IMG/VR virus record: IMGVR_UViG_3300032246_000466
Location: 1 to 59,109 of that record
Direction: 5' to 3' (one strand)
From: a virus
Lineage: Duplodnaviria > Caudoviricetes
Length of the DNA: 59,109 nt
Position 1 is the first letter of the stretch, and every line of letters begins with the position of its first letter. Of the stretch, positions 24,401 to 32,032 are shown in pieces. The notes beneath the pieces are model-generated. The model saw nothing but the letters and a program-made list of their open reading frames with translations. It was not told where the DNA came from and ran no database searches. The position numbers and the translations under genes were made by a program.

Positions 24401-27400
24401 ATTCTATGCCGGTACTATCAACAATAGTGCAGAGATTTCATCATCTTCTATAACATTAGAAAATACTTCACCTCCAATAAGTCAAATTTTGGCTAGCGCA
24501 CACGGAGTTAGTTTTGAAATTTTAAATGCTGAAAATCAACAGACTTTGACTTGGTCTTCAAGAACCAGATCAACAGTTCAGACTTATGGACCGGCAACAT
24601 TGTATCCAAACACAATAAGAATTAACCCTAGTTCAGGTGGAGCATCAGTAGACAGCTATATAGGTTCTACGATTGGTTTTTATATTGGCATGCCTGTTAA
24701 ATTTGTAGGATCAACTATTGGCACGACACTAACTGATGGAGTGACATATTATGTAAAATCTTTAGTTAAGTTACCAAATCCTGATACTAGTATATTAGAG
24801 GATACTGGCTTTACTATTTCTACTACAGTCGATGATAACGGAAACCCAGGAGCTGTATTGGCACAAAATACTGCTACCGTCGTTACTGCTGGACTTACTT
24901 TATATGTTGGTCAATTGACAAATCTTGCGGTGTTAACAATTAATTATGCTGGTATACGAACAGTAACTGCTACAACAAGCGGAACAAATCGTGTTACAGT
25001 TCAATTGACACTTACAGGTCAAGACGGTACTACCGGATTATATTTAGGTACTCCTATATTCTTTACCGGAAATGTGTTTGGTGGAGTTGTTGAAAATGAA
25101 ATTTATTACGTAATAACAATCATTGACAACCAAACTTTTACAATGTCTTTGAATAATGATCCAATAACGTTTGAAGTTACTGCTACTGCATCTAGTAATA
25201 ATTCTATTTCATGTGATAGCACCTCTGGATTAGCAGTAAATGATCCTGTCATATTTACTGGAACTACATTTGGTAATATAGTTGCTGGAGCAACTTATTA
25301 TGTAAGAGAGATATTCTCGGGAAACACATCATTCTCTATTGCTACCACAGTAAATGGCGCCGCGGTTATACTAACTACTGCCACTGGGTCTTGCACTCTA
25401 ACAAGTCAAGAAAATGCATTAGGATTAACTACTGCTACCGGTACAATGACAATGAACATAGGTTTACCAGTAAGCCCTGGACAAATCAATGGTCAAGAAT
25501 TTACTCTATACGAAACATCTAATCAATATTCTAATGTTTCTGGTAATGTCTCTAATTTATTAACTAGAGAAATACAAGCCACACTAGCAACTGTTGGAAG
25601 AATCTGCTTGTCAAGCACAGGCATTGGTTTAACTAATATTTACAATAACTTAAAATTTAATATTGAAAGTAGTGTAGGTGGACTTACAGTTGCAGGTGGA
25701 CCATATACAGTCACTGGTACTGGTACTACTGAGATTGTAGTTACAAGCACAACAAGCACCGGCAATTGGTTAATATTACCAATTAGTGAAAATCCAGATA
25801 CAACTAATGTATTGTATGTAGGCATGCCGTTGCGTTTTAGTGGAACATCATTGGGAGGAGTTTCATTGGGTGAGGTATATTATGTATATGCTATTGACAC
25901 CCCTGGAGTTTCTTCAGGAAGATTTAAAATATCATCAGATGTTAATTTGGGAAGTTTATTCACTGTAACTAATAGTAACGGATCAATGACTGGTTCAGGT
26001 GATCCTTATATTGAAATATCTGACTCACTTAAAAATTCAGTACAATCAGCATCAATTACCACTGCTAGTCCAGCAGTTGTTACAGTAGCAAACGGTGATG
26101 CTTACGTTAATGGAACTGCTATACGATTTGATACTACTGGCTCATTACCTGTACCATTATCATCAGAAGTAACTTACTATGTTAAGAATTCATCCGGTGG
26201 AGTTAACGGTACATTTAATATTGCATATAGCCCAACTGGAGTAAACATCAATACTACAATAGCAGGTTCGGGATCATATATAGTACGCCAAGCACCGGTA
26301 ACCCTTACACAACAAACTGGGACTACTTCAGTATTTGATGTTAGTTATATACTGGGCGGATATAGATCAACTATCATTACAAATGGAACCGGCTATGCAG
26401 TAGATAATATTATAACTATTTCAGGTGTAGATTTGGGCGGGACAACTCCTGTAAATGATTTGCAATTGACAGTATTAACTATCAATTCAACCGGCGGAGT
26501 AACATCAGCAATTGCTAATGGAACTCCGAGTGGAGTTGTATCTAATTATTACTTAAAGGTGTTGAGTGAAACTCAAGTTGGTGTATACAGTAACCCTAAC
26601 TTAACAGTTCCTGTAAGTGGAGAAAATTTCCCGTATATAGGCACTACTTCAACTGCTGCAACTGCTACTAATTCTATAAATGATAGAGTTACTGTGACAA
26701 GTTCTGCTGCGTTTGATGTTAATGATCCAGTGGTATTTACCGGAACAGTGTTTGGTGATATTGTATTGGGTAATACTTATTATATTAAGAGTAAGCCAAC
26801 ATCAACCACAGTAACTATTTCTGAAACAATGGGAGGAAGCACATTCCAATTAGCTACTAGTTCAGGTTCTGGAATGACAATGGCTAAATCAGGTGATTAC
26901 GTATTCTTACCTGAACCATTTTTCTTTAACCCTAGTATTGTAAAGTACAACAATCGTTTATATCAATGTATTATCAGTAACAACGATCCTGACTTTATCT
27001 TTGGTAAATGGGAATTGCTAACATCGGGCGACAAGAAATTAAATGCACTAGATAGAATTATTGGTTACTATCAACCAACTATTAATATGCCGGGTGTAGA
27101 TTTAACTCAATTGGTTAGTGGGATAACATATCCAAATAGTACTTATATGGGTAATGCTTTTGCTCCGGCTGATGAGTATACAGTAGACACTGTATTGAAA
27201 GACCAGCCGTTCTATCCAACCGGGGTAGATTTAAAGGCTATTGTTTGGAATGGACTAGTATACATTGCTGGTTCAGATGCTAGTACATATTCTGCATTTA
27301 ATGTAAGTGCTGATGCAACAACTTGGTCTATTAACAAGTTAGCAAATCAATCATTGCTTATTACTGATTTGTTATATGCTGGTGGAAGCTATGTTATAAC

Positions 27401-30400
27401 TACAAATAATAGTGCAACTCCTATTCTAGTGAGTGACAATGGATATACTTGGATTAGTAACGGAACATTTACCCCGTTCGATGGCATACCATACGACATG
27501 GGTAACTTTGACGTATCATCAGTATTGGTTCCTTCATTATCATTGAATAGTGTAACATATCATAATGGTGTATATGTTGCTGCGGGACAGAATATTGTTA
27601 CTTCTACTGATTTATATTCTTGGACTGAACGCTATGCCTTTACAAATGGATTAACAAATGTATTCAATGGAGTTACTTATGTTAGCACCCCTGGATATAC
27701 TGGGTTTTTAGCAATAGGATTTGGCCAACAATTAATAACTGGAATTGCAATTAATTTTGCTATTATATATACAAGTCCAGACGCTTATACTTGGACTCAA
27801 ATCACATTTAATGGAACTAGCTTGGGCTTTAATAGCATTGCATCTAACAATCAAACGATTGTGGCAGTAGGTGATGATGGTATAGTTTACACTAGTTTCA
27901 ATACCATAAACTGGTTCCCTCAATCATCTACTGTGGCAAATACATTAACCAATGTTATTTGGGATAGTTACAATAACATATTTGTCGCAGTTGGACACAA
28001 TGGTGTAATATTGACAGGTACTAGTGATGGTATAACATGGACTCAGAGAACATCAGGTGTAACATCTATATTAGAAAGCACTGTTTGGAATAATGATGCA
28101 GAACAATATGTAGTAGTTGGACGCAATAATGCGATTTTAACAAGTCCAGATGCAATAACATGGGCTATATCTGCAACGTTCGAAACCACTCCATCTATAT
28201 ACACAGTTGAAGGAGATGCATTTACTTCAGGTTACGGCCCAGAAGAATTAGTACCCGGAGTAGTATCTGATAATATTACAATGACTGTGGCAACTCGTCC
28301 TGGAACTGACTGGGATGAAACAGTGTATCAACACGTAGGTTATAATGTAGTTTCATTGGAAATTACCCCAACTAATGCAAGTCAAGTTCTTTATGATTTT
28401 TATAATGTAGTAACCACACCGGCACAATTATCAGTGTTTGTAATAGATTATACAACTGGATTAAGTTCTTCAATTTATGAAGGTCTTGATTACTCAATAG
28501 ATTGGGTCAATAAAGTTGTAGAATTAAATACTCCCATAACATATGTTGCACCGGGCACAGCAGACACCTTAAGAATTGATGTGTATGAAGTTGGCAATGG
28601 TGATCAATTAGTAAAAGCCAATACTGAAACTGATCCAATTAGAACTAATGAAATAACTGGCTTTAATGAAGTATATGTAAATGCAAATTATAGTGCAAGC
28701 ATATATCAAGGATCAGGCATTATTAGACCGGATACGTCTCCGATTTATGTTCTTGCAGTTAAAACTGATGGCATTACAAATGCAATAACATGCGATGCTG
28801 CAAATTCCTTCACATTAAATAGTCCTATAACTTTCAGTGGTTCAGTATTTGGTGGAATAGTTGAAGACCAAGTGTACTATGTAAAAACAATTGGTGCAGC
28901 TTCAAATAGAATTACTATATCTGAAACATATAACCTATCAACCGGTACCGCAGGTGAAACATTCTTGTTGACAAGTGCTACTGGCTCTATGGAAGTAATT
29001 ATTCAAGTTGGTACTGGGTTGCCGTGGACTTCACCGGCAGTCTATCACAACGGTAATTTGCTTGTTTTAGGTGCTACTGCTTTAGTTATTAAAACAAAAT
29101 CTAGTAACAACGCAATTACTACTGTAAGTACCGGTGGATTAATTGTTAATTCACCCATCGTATTCAGTGATACAATGTTTGGTGATGTGATTGTTCCACA
29201 ACAAGTTTACTATATAAAACAAATTATTGACGGTAATGAATTTACTATCTCTGAAACTCAAGGTGGAACGGTATTGACATTGACGGATGCAACCGGTGGC
29301 GCAGCATTTGTAACTAATGATTATGCAATTGGATTAGCAGACAATAGTATTACCGCAGCACTTATATTTGCAAGCCAATACAACACTACAGATGATTACT
29401 TGACATATACTTTATTAGGTCAAACAGTACCAATTCAATATGGCTATACAATACCTCAAGTTGAATTGTTTACTGGAGATGCTGTGGGAACTGCTTCATT
29501 TGCATTAAGTAATTATGTAGGTGGAGATAACCCAACAAATGCCATTGTAGAAATAAACGGTGTAAGACAAACTGAATCTGCGTATACTATAAGTTCATTA
29601 ACCAATAATATTTTATTCTACGTACCGCCGGCAAACGGTGATGTAGTAGCAGTAACAACGTATAATCAAACTGCACGACAGTATTTACATACTCAATATG
29701 GAATAACGGGTTCAAGTGGATCACAGTTGACCACTATTACAGTAGGTTCAACTACGCATGATGTAAGTACTTTTGACCAAAATACCCCTACAGTTAATAC
29801 ATTTGACCAAGATACACCGTCAACAATTGCTTATGACCAAGAATTAAATTACTTAACACTAGCTTCAGGAACTACTAGTAGCTTGACTGTAAATAGTCCA
29901 ATAATATTCTCTAGTCCGGCAATTGGTGGAATTGTAGCTGGACAAATATATTACATAACTGGTATATTAAATTCAACTGATTTCACCGTTTCTACTACTG
30001 TTGGTGGATTACCTACAGTAGTTACTACTAGCAGTGGTTCAATGGCAGGCGTAGTTAACGGATTGACTGTTGCAAATATTGTTGCTATTAACAATAACAT
30101 TACTCCACCTATATTAACATTACCTATATCAGGTACTCAAAGTACTACGAATTATGTATTGTGCGGTAACACTGCCGGGTTAGTTACAACTCAAAATATT
30201 ATATTTAAATCTCCTGTGTTTGCTGCTAATAGTCTTGTTAATACTAAAATTTATCAAATTCTTACCTTGGGTACTACTAATTGGACTGCTATTGGTGCAA
30301 GTGCAACCCCATATGAAGGAGAAATATTTACAGCTACCGGAGCAGGCACTGGAACTGGCACTGCAATATTAGCTAACGTAGGTGGAATTGATACAACCGG

Positions 30401-32018
30401 CCAAGTATATTTTGTTGGTACTATCGTCAGTACAACAGAGTTTACTATAGTAGATCAATTTAATAATGTAATTACATTAACTACCTCATCTGAAAGTCTC
30501 ATTTCATATTTGGGCGGTACTCCTGCTATTAGAGTAACTACTGGAATAGATAACAACTTAGTAGAAGCTGATATAGTTCGTATTGATGGTTTGGTTGGCG
30601 CTACTCAACTAAACAACAATACATATTATGTTCATATAATAACTAACACTATTTTTGATTTATATACTCAGCCATTCAATCCGGCATTGAATGCTGTAAA
30701 TTATCCTGTAACTAGTATCTCTGCATATGTGTCAGATGGATATGTTTGGATAGATGAATTGTTTACAATTGTTGATACTCTTGCAACTTCTACAACAGCA
30801 GTTGGTAATAGAATTACTGTTAACGATACTAATGTTTTAGTACCAAATACTCCAGTAATCTTTACTAAATTGGGTGTTGCTGCTGGAACTGATCTTATGG
30901 GAGGCATAATAGCAAAAACACAATATTATGTTTATGTAGTAAGACCTGAAATTGCTGCTGGTAATTTTATTGTGGGTAATCAATATGAGATTGTTATATT
31001 AGGGACAACTGATTGGAATACGGCTGCCGGAACATCTGCTATCACATATGCAGTAGGTGACACATTTATTGCAGCCGCCCCTGGATCAGGCACCGGCTTT
31101 GCTACCGGCTTACAAGAGTTTACTATTACTGAAAACAGATATCCAGACCAAGCTGAAGTTGTACTAGTTAATGACACCGGGTCAATTAATGTTACTGAGT
31201 TTGAGCAAGTCAATGTTGACAGATTATGGGTAACAGTTAATGGTTATAGAGTACCTTCATCTAAGTTGAAATTGAATGAATATAATAACTTGAGCATATT
31301 GACAACCGTTCAAACGGGAGATCAAATTATTATAACAAGTATGATGCCAACGGCAACACCAAATGAAGAAGTATATTTGCTAAATGTAAATACGTCAAAC
31401 GAAGCGTCTGTGTATAGAGCAAATATACAGACTAGAACTTGGTTAACACAACCACTTAACTTTACCGATGAAGTTATCTATTTAAATGATGTGCATCGTG
31501 TTACTGATAGCATAGTTCAAAATGTAGCATGTCCGGCACCAATAGACGGAAAATATAATATTGGATTAAGTTCTGATAAAAATACTATCTGTCACTTTAC
31601 TGTTTACAACACAACCACTTCAGTTACAATAAATCAGTCAAACCTTAAGATAATTATTGTAGATACTGCTCCTATTTTGCAGATTTACGGTCAAGTAGCT
31701 GAGGGGGATGAGTTAGTAATAACTTCAATTGTGGGTCGTTTGATATATCTAAACGGAGAGCAAATTGGGTTTGGTGAGTGTAATGTAGAAACCAACACAA
31801 TAAGTCTATTGTCTAGGGGCGCAAATGGAACCGGAGTACAAAATTATATTCCTGTCTATACTGAAGTATTTGGAATAATACCTATCAATAGGATGTCAGA
31901 TGTATTATATTCTAGTGAATGGAATCCTATACCGGGAGTTTATAACACAGTAGAAGGTGATCCATTGCAGATTGCAGATACAGCAGGCGCGGATTTCTTA
32001 AGAACGGATAGAAACTAA
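12414..32018 (+). CDS. Giant 6534-aa virion structural protein: gp7-like baseplate wedge scaffold with FG-GAP and Asp-box beta-propellers, CBM-like motifs and about 16 FCCH-like beta repeats
   Basis: Single 19.6-kb ORF directly after gp6. Wedge-like N-terminus (LNFLPEIFQT) and YLNEVKPFH motif near 23310. FG-GAP-like FGSAVA/FGYAIA/FGLSVD/YGTALD at about 19590-21680. Asp-box-like TSDGITW/SPDAITW repeats at about 27220-28180. Many G-L-x-x-N-D-P-V-x-F-T-G-x-x-F-G-G-I-x-x-G-x-T-Y-Y-V repeats. Confidence 0.75.
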   Translation: MATRIRTLNFLPEIFQTNTNSQFLAATLDQLVAQPNNRKIQGYIGSKFGYGVNAKDYYVTEPTKTRTDYQLDPGVIFLKENETTAKDFISYPGIIDSLTLAGGLTTDNNRLFNSEFYSWDSFTNLDPIINFNQYYWIPEGPERVVISSDIVYSADNFIVQPDASTYLISSETLATPSANPTLTLLRGGVYTFNINQETQFWIQGEPGVTGLSPTQRNVNTRDVYGVTNNGTTNGVVTFSVPQKNALDDFYHPGNNLVDVICTTPFSEINGALVNDIGGIDGVTALDGLVIMFYNTGVPNEIGYVNKFYDQTYYDENGGVIYDDATDYPGTSVFNNNYEGGYYTEVAANYYTVSFLGAIDNPQIQLTPSGQIPINQKITATYGTEWVNRSFYRSTLGTITLEPYNSAILDRLYYQDGTIPGRVGVINLIENNISNQINIITSILGKPNYTAPNGVVFTNGLKVLFQGDIYPASFNNVEYYVEGVGTAIELIPVTTLVSPGAFSEGEYIPYDTAAYDVGNYDSSLYVPVVPDYITIARNSINRNPWSRSNRWFHLDVIKATAAYNNTPSLITKYTQLESKAKRPIIEFYPNLRMFNSGAVGKNPIDFIDTKTTDAFSNVAGKINFYPDTAGWTSYTATIAPVTGANTSIVATQTIGLTNLVLLSSTTGLYINDTISFGTSFGGITSGTTYFITGISGNYINISETKQGSNLVLTTSGITSVTTSIYSYSTTITIPTSDAFGLFEIGQYITDSTNLLPAITFVTNVNVSGTNTIITISWYNQSTIAATSVASVVTADTPLDNYSLFDGSRIVFSADNDVNVKNKIYISRFSTITSGSTPVITLTEADDGLVLPYEQTAVYRGYNYKGKDFYFNGESWFQGQQKTQLQQAPKFDIFDSNGISFGDRVVYVGTSFAGSTLFSYGIGVGANDTVLGFPIRYSAVDNVGDISFDVSLNSDTFTYVNGTTAVTQKVNTGYVYNYTLASDNNPIAIRQLGWQTAVSPSVQYQVFEFDWSLINNLNNTFECDIAPIVTSPTKWPLIQVYINNKYLPNADWIVTAASTNTTTVINIPTIDAVETVVQILILSDQVSKTAYFQTPINLNNNPLNETLTTANIGDIRGQYQSIFYNNPYTTGQVFGPNNYRDLGNLVPWGNRIIQNSASLVLPGTFLRNQSHNLFNSLLYNSKQYITFKTLLVDTVNNSDYSRIYTPSQMLDNALDQINAAHIDSQPFFWSDMLPSKAPYITNTYSFANTLDISVYPLSRIYNFETANYNGVLVYLIRDGVQTQLVKGVDYTVATDSPSLTVTTDLQANDQIIINEYNQTYGSYVPNTPTKLGLYPATIPSVVLDTAYNPETYFIVGHDGSFNKLYGAYNSSTNTLTDFRDQVLLEYETRVYNNLKLSTTVPAGSYQGLIIPGFFRQTDYTYDEFLQIYSESFLNWVGQNRIDYKTQFYNSTNQFTYNYRDSANKIDKQPIEQGYFRGLYLYFYDTSTPNETPWEMLGLANQPTWWATRYGAAPYTSDNLVLWNDLAAGLVWNNGNSFIKPSYARPGLLNIIPVNSNGDLLPPLESVVGNYDKFLFQRDWQVGDVGPAEFSYRRSSTWPFDLMRILAVTKPTDFFNLGVDVDNYKYNAEFNQYLVNDRSHLVISNVPIYGLGTPATSYINWIVDYEKQIGVDATTNITTLLNNLDVRLVYRVAGFSDKNLLKFYVEKSSANSNNSSLLIPDESYGLILYENQPFDRIVYSGVVIQITDNGFKIYGNNQTNAYFKALTPKFTGNAQQIKVEGLTVEVTNSFYDTVQTIPYGTELYNVQQVSQFLISYGEYLRTQGMVYDEIENGIPINWTQMVAEFLYWSQIGWEVGSITTINPAANLLLIDKESRIVQPLTMQQTNFILNQDLYPIPINDLRVVREGTAFSAKPMNVGDAISYGQFDISNIENGIVFDNVTLFNDVIYNLVTGLRQYRISVNGTKTADWTGNIDAAGFILNQNNIVEWNKEIKYTAGSIVKYKNKYWSALKIIQASSVFNERDWKETPYDQIQKGLLPNSQTRSYESTLYYDVNKANLENDADLLSFSLIGYRPRDYLALVDLTDITQVNVYQNLIKDKGTLNAASAFKGAKLPQGGIDYDVYENWAIKSGEFGGTLNNNFIEFRLSQPNLTGNPSIVGLTNGVYTDGVQQEVPLYSVFNYGIPITSPNILPTISTAQPSALYPTAGYVNYNDVKMASYYYSGLYLAKNAAGTTIPINEFYVRDYVWVANYLSTWQVYTPSSLGSIINAKNNLNNTVTITFSQPHNLTRYQPFAIVNFDASINNYYIVSAVVDEFNVIINLALNPQIKNVTGQGIGFSLQSQRVATAPEIINLPLLENEFNKLKVWVDTNNNGDWAVYRKSLNYQYNKEITHPLSQSFGSAVAYTNKLAYLIGDSNAGKVYRYRYNELDDSYIISQTLTNNASFGSNISYSDDLFVISEPTGNVYVYQLITTTLTNKLNLYQTIPAPSGVTTWGTSTAISGDKNWLYISAIDNNTVYVYRKMNVSMIATAFTVGNTYVIESLGTTDWNTVAGTSGETYAVGNTIIAASVGTGTGTALNVTYIKVDTLTTSLSAGDNFGYAIATDYYGDSVIIGTPQQDYNVTTQNYGYTYVFARTVQNFKAQSTNQAYIPLTFALAWTPTTGTAASASTSGTTITLGGAGITNLANYVNYPVIFSGTLISGGALNQNTVYYIKTVTNNTQFSISATRGGTAIALATDTGTGMVVTVQETPLFVTINGAPLTDDYYAVISSTFYVYSKATSTVNAGDIINVSGINFVLTQTLTNEETPRVGVQFGLSVDTNTFANEILIGAPFELSQQNYEGAVHRYTNGGERYGTIIGTVNCNITTPRTILLNGYKAILPVGNATTVAASINLLSLTNIQASAVDGKLIIALVNVDLGIAGNKLSLTVLDTATLGEMGVTLFKQTQKINCPHLTGRTQFGTVVKFDNSGSFVASAPVGTRFSSTTFDFTDDELDNDTVFDNNATKWVDTFTNAGAVYMFDYLSTYNESLDNPGKFVYAQSTNAIDLDYGPQPYYGTALDFNDNRVTIGTPNFNPVSDTTDTLGQVVTYVSQNSEPDWAVYRSSSEVVDINGVFNIQLFSAITNETLVNLDYIDPLQGKLLGAVTENIDVVSNNDPASYNSPGFTQSGLVWGADKIGQIWFDTSNARFMNYHQNDVNYNSQYWGRVFPGSDIAVYSWIASAVPPAQYTGPGLPYSINNYTIRGIINAEGLITPVYYFWARNTNIVFDRLGKTLADSTLQSYIAQPQLSGISYFTPLLPNVFGLYNCFEYINATDTVLHIGYSVTANDDVAHNQYSLIRANYADDFLSGIPGSGALYQNHASAGIIEPIGLYNRMLDSMCGVDNAGGVVPDPLLPKAVQTGVLARPRQGFFYNRFGALKNYLQYANVILAQFPIIETRNPQFLYRSGEFFDTRNYWNTINWWAPGYNDNTKSSLQVPIYADLSTLAVPVGTIVTVAANSSGNSETYIYEGGTVWVRIGLANGTIEFSSTLWDYAEAKLGFGDNFFDTNLYDEYPSVETRYIIRALNEEIYTNELLIFRNKSLILLFEYIQSETIESQNYLTWLNKTSFLDVSHTIRELLPLEVFRSDNQLFLEGYLNEVKPFHVVIKEFIFKYTKTEIFEGDITDFDLPAQYNAEIAQFVTPQLVYANASGDNQYLSTDPIWQTAPYSQWYENYGLSVSGQDGYQISVLTSYMSLNSTSCFVDNINGFPVTGTIKIGEEYLSYSNRNLATSELTGLSRGIHGTLVSIHIPGEDIFIDLPAVLILNSGRGYENPPRVTAYIDTFIYPAPRVPAKLEPIMSLGIVVGVNVLDPGEGYAVLPQIIIDPAFTVSVNSDQVNILTNTIGISSPTLQTGDLVVYTLAVDGTEIIGLVPGQRYYVNLLEISPSPIIALYASYLNALRDHNRIVLGSQGSGSQYFSVGAIGSCVTSSLPVRENNIALRFDRTTYNSQVMPWTPGNFYGSFYAGTINNSAEISSSSITLENTSPPISQILASAHGVSFEILNAENQQTLTWSSRTRSTVQTYGPATLYPNTIRINPSSGGASVDSYIGSTIGFYIGMPVKFVGSTIGTTLTDGVTYYVKSLVKLPNPDTSILEDTGFTISTTVDDNGNPGAVLAQNTATVVTAGLTLYVGQLTNLAVLTINYAGIRTVTATTSGTNRVTVQLTLTGQDGTTGLYLGTPIFFTGNVFGGVVENEIYYVITIIDNQTFTMSLNNDPITFEVTATASSNNSISCDSTSGLAVNDPVIFTGTTFGNIVAGATYYVREIFSGNTSFSIATTVNGAAVILTTATGSCTLTSQENALGLTTATGTMTMNIGLPVSPGQINGQEFTLYETSNQYSNVSGNVSNLLTREIQATLATVGRICLSSTGIGLTNIYNNLKFNIESSVGGLTVAGGPYTVTGTGTTEIVVTSTTSTGNWLILPISENPDTTNVLYVGMPLRFSGTSLGGVSLGEVYYVYAIDTPGVSSGRFKISSDVNLGSLFTVTNSNGSMTGSGDPYIEISDSLKNSVQSASITTASPAVVTVANGDAYVNGTAIRFDTTGSLPVPLSSEVTYYVKNSSGGVNGTFNIAYSPTGVNINTTIAGSGSYIVRQAPVTLTQQTGTTSVFDVSYILGGYRSTIITNGTGYAVDNIITISGVDLGGTTPVNDLQLTVLTINSTGGVTSAIANGTPSGVVSNYYLKVLSETQVGVYSNPNLTVPVSGENFPYIGTTSTAATATNSINDRVTVTSSAAFDVNDPVVFTGTVFGDIVLGNTYYIKSKPTSTTVTISETMGGSTFQLATSSGSGMTMAKSGDYVFLPEPFFFNPSIVKYNNRLYQCIISNNDPDFIFGKWELLTSGDKKLNALDRIIGYYQPTINMPGVDLTQLVSGITYPNSTYMGNAFAPADEYTVDTVLKDQPFYPTGVDLKAIVWNGLVYIAGSDASTYSAFNVSADATTWSINKLANQSLLITDLLYAGGSYVITTNNSATPILVSDNGYTWISNGTFTPFDGIPYDMGNFDVSSVLVPSLSLNSVTYHNGVYVAAGQNIVTSTDLYSWTERYAFTNGLTNVFNGVTYVSTPGYTGFLAIGFGQQLITGIAINFAIIYTSPDAYTWTQITFNGTSLGFNSIASNNQTIVAVGDDGIVYTSFNTINWFPQSSTVANTLTNVIWDSYNNIFVAVGHNGVILTGTSDGITWTQRTSGVTSILESTVWNNDAEQYVVVGRNNAILTSPDAITWAISATFETTPSIYTVEGDAFTSGYGPEELVPGVVSDNITMTVATRPGTDWDETVYQHVGYNVVSLEITPTNASQVLYDFYNVVTTPAQLSVFVIDYTTGLSSSIYEGLDYSIDWVNKVVELNTPITYVAPGTADTLRIDVYEVGNGDQLVKANTETDPIRTNEITGFNEVYVNANYSASIYQGSGIIRPDTSPIYVLAVKTDGITNAITCDAANSFTLNSPITFSGSVFGGIVEDQVYYVKTIGAASNRITISETYNLSTGTAGETFLLTSATGSMEVIIQVGTGLPWTSPAVYHNGNLLVLGATALVIKTKSSNNAITTVSTGGLIVNSPIVFSDTMFGDVIVPQQVYYIKQIIDGNEFTISETQGGTVLTLTDATGGAAFVTNDYAIGLADNSITAALIFASQYNTTDDYLTYTLLGQTVPIQYGYTIPQVELFTGDAVGTASFALSNYVGGDNPTNAIVEINGVRQTESAYTISSLTNNILFYVPPANGDVVAVTTYNQTARQYLHTQYGITGSSGSQLTTITVGSTTHDVSTFDQNTPTVNTFDQDTPSTIAYDQELNYLTLASGTTSSLTVNSPIIFSSPAIGGIVAGQIYYITGILNSTDFTVSTTVGGLPTVVTTSSGSMAGVVNGLTVANIVAINNNITPPILTLPISGTQSTTNYVLCGNTAGLVTTQNIIFKSPVFAANSLVNTKIYQILTLGTTNWTAIGASATPYEGEIFTATGAGTGTGTAILANVGGIDTTGQVYFVGTIVSTTEFTIVDQFNNVITLTTSSESLISYLGGTPAIRVTTGIDNNLVEADIVRIDGLVGATQLNNNTYYVHIITNTIFDLYTQPFNPALNAVNYPVTSISAYVSDGYVWIDELFTIVDTLATSTTAVGNRITVNDTNVLVPNTPVIFTKLGVAAGTDLMGGIIAKTQYYVYVVRPEIAAGNFIVGNQYEIVILGTTDWNTAAGTSAITYAVGDTFIAAAPGSGTGFATGLQEFTITENRYPDQAEVVLVNDTGSINVTEFEQVNVDRLWVTVNGYRVPSSKLKLNEYNNLSILTTVQTGDQIIITSMMPTATPNEEVYLLNVNTSNEASVYRANIQTRTWLTQPLNFTDEVIYLNDVHRVTDSIVQNVACPAPIDGKYNIGLSSDKNTICHFTVYNTTTSVTINQSNLKIIIVDTAPILQIYGQVAEGDELVITSIVGRLIYLNGEQIGFGECNVETNTISLLSRGANGTGVQNYIPVYTEVFGIIPINRMSDVLYSSEWNPIPGVYNTVEGDPLQIADTAGADFLRTDRN

Positions 32019-32019
32019 A

Positions 32020-32027
32020 GATAAATA
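32020..32027 (+). promoter_or_regulatory. T4-type late promoter-like box (GATAAATA)
   Basis: Intergenic, immediately upstream of the 50-aa ORF start at 32033. Confidence 0.5.
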
Positions 32028-32032
32028 AATAT

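Noticed and set aside
19981-31103. Dispersed similar repeats as the template/variable pair of a diversity-generating retroelement
   Set aside because: Differences are not confined to adenines, all copies are coding and internal, and no reverse transcriptase is present in the window.
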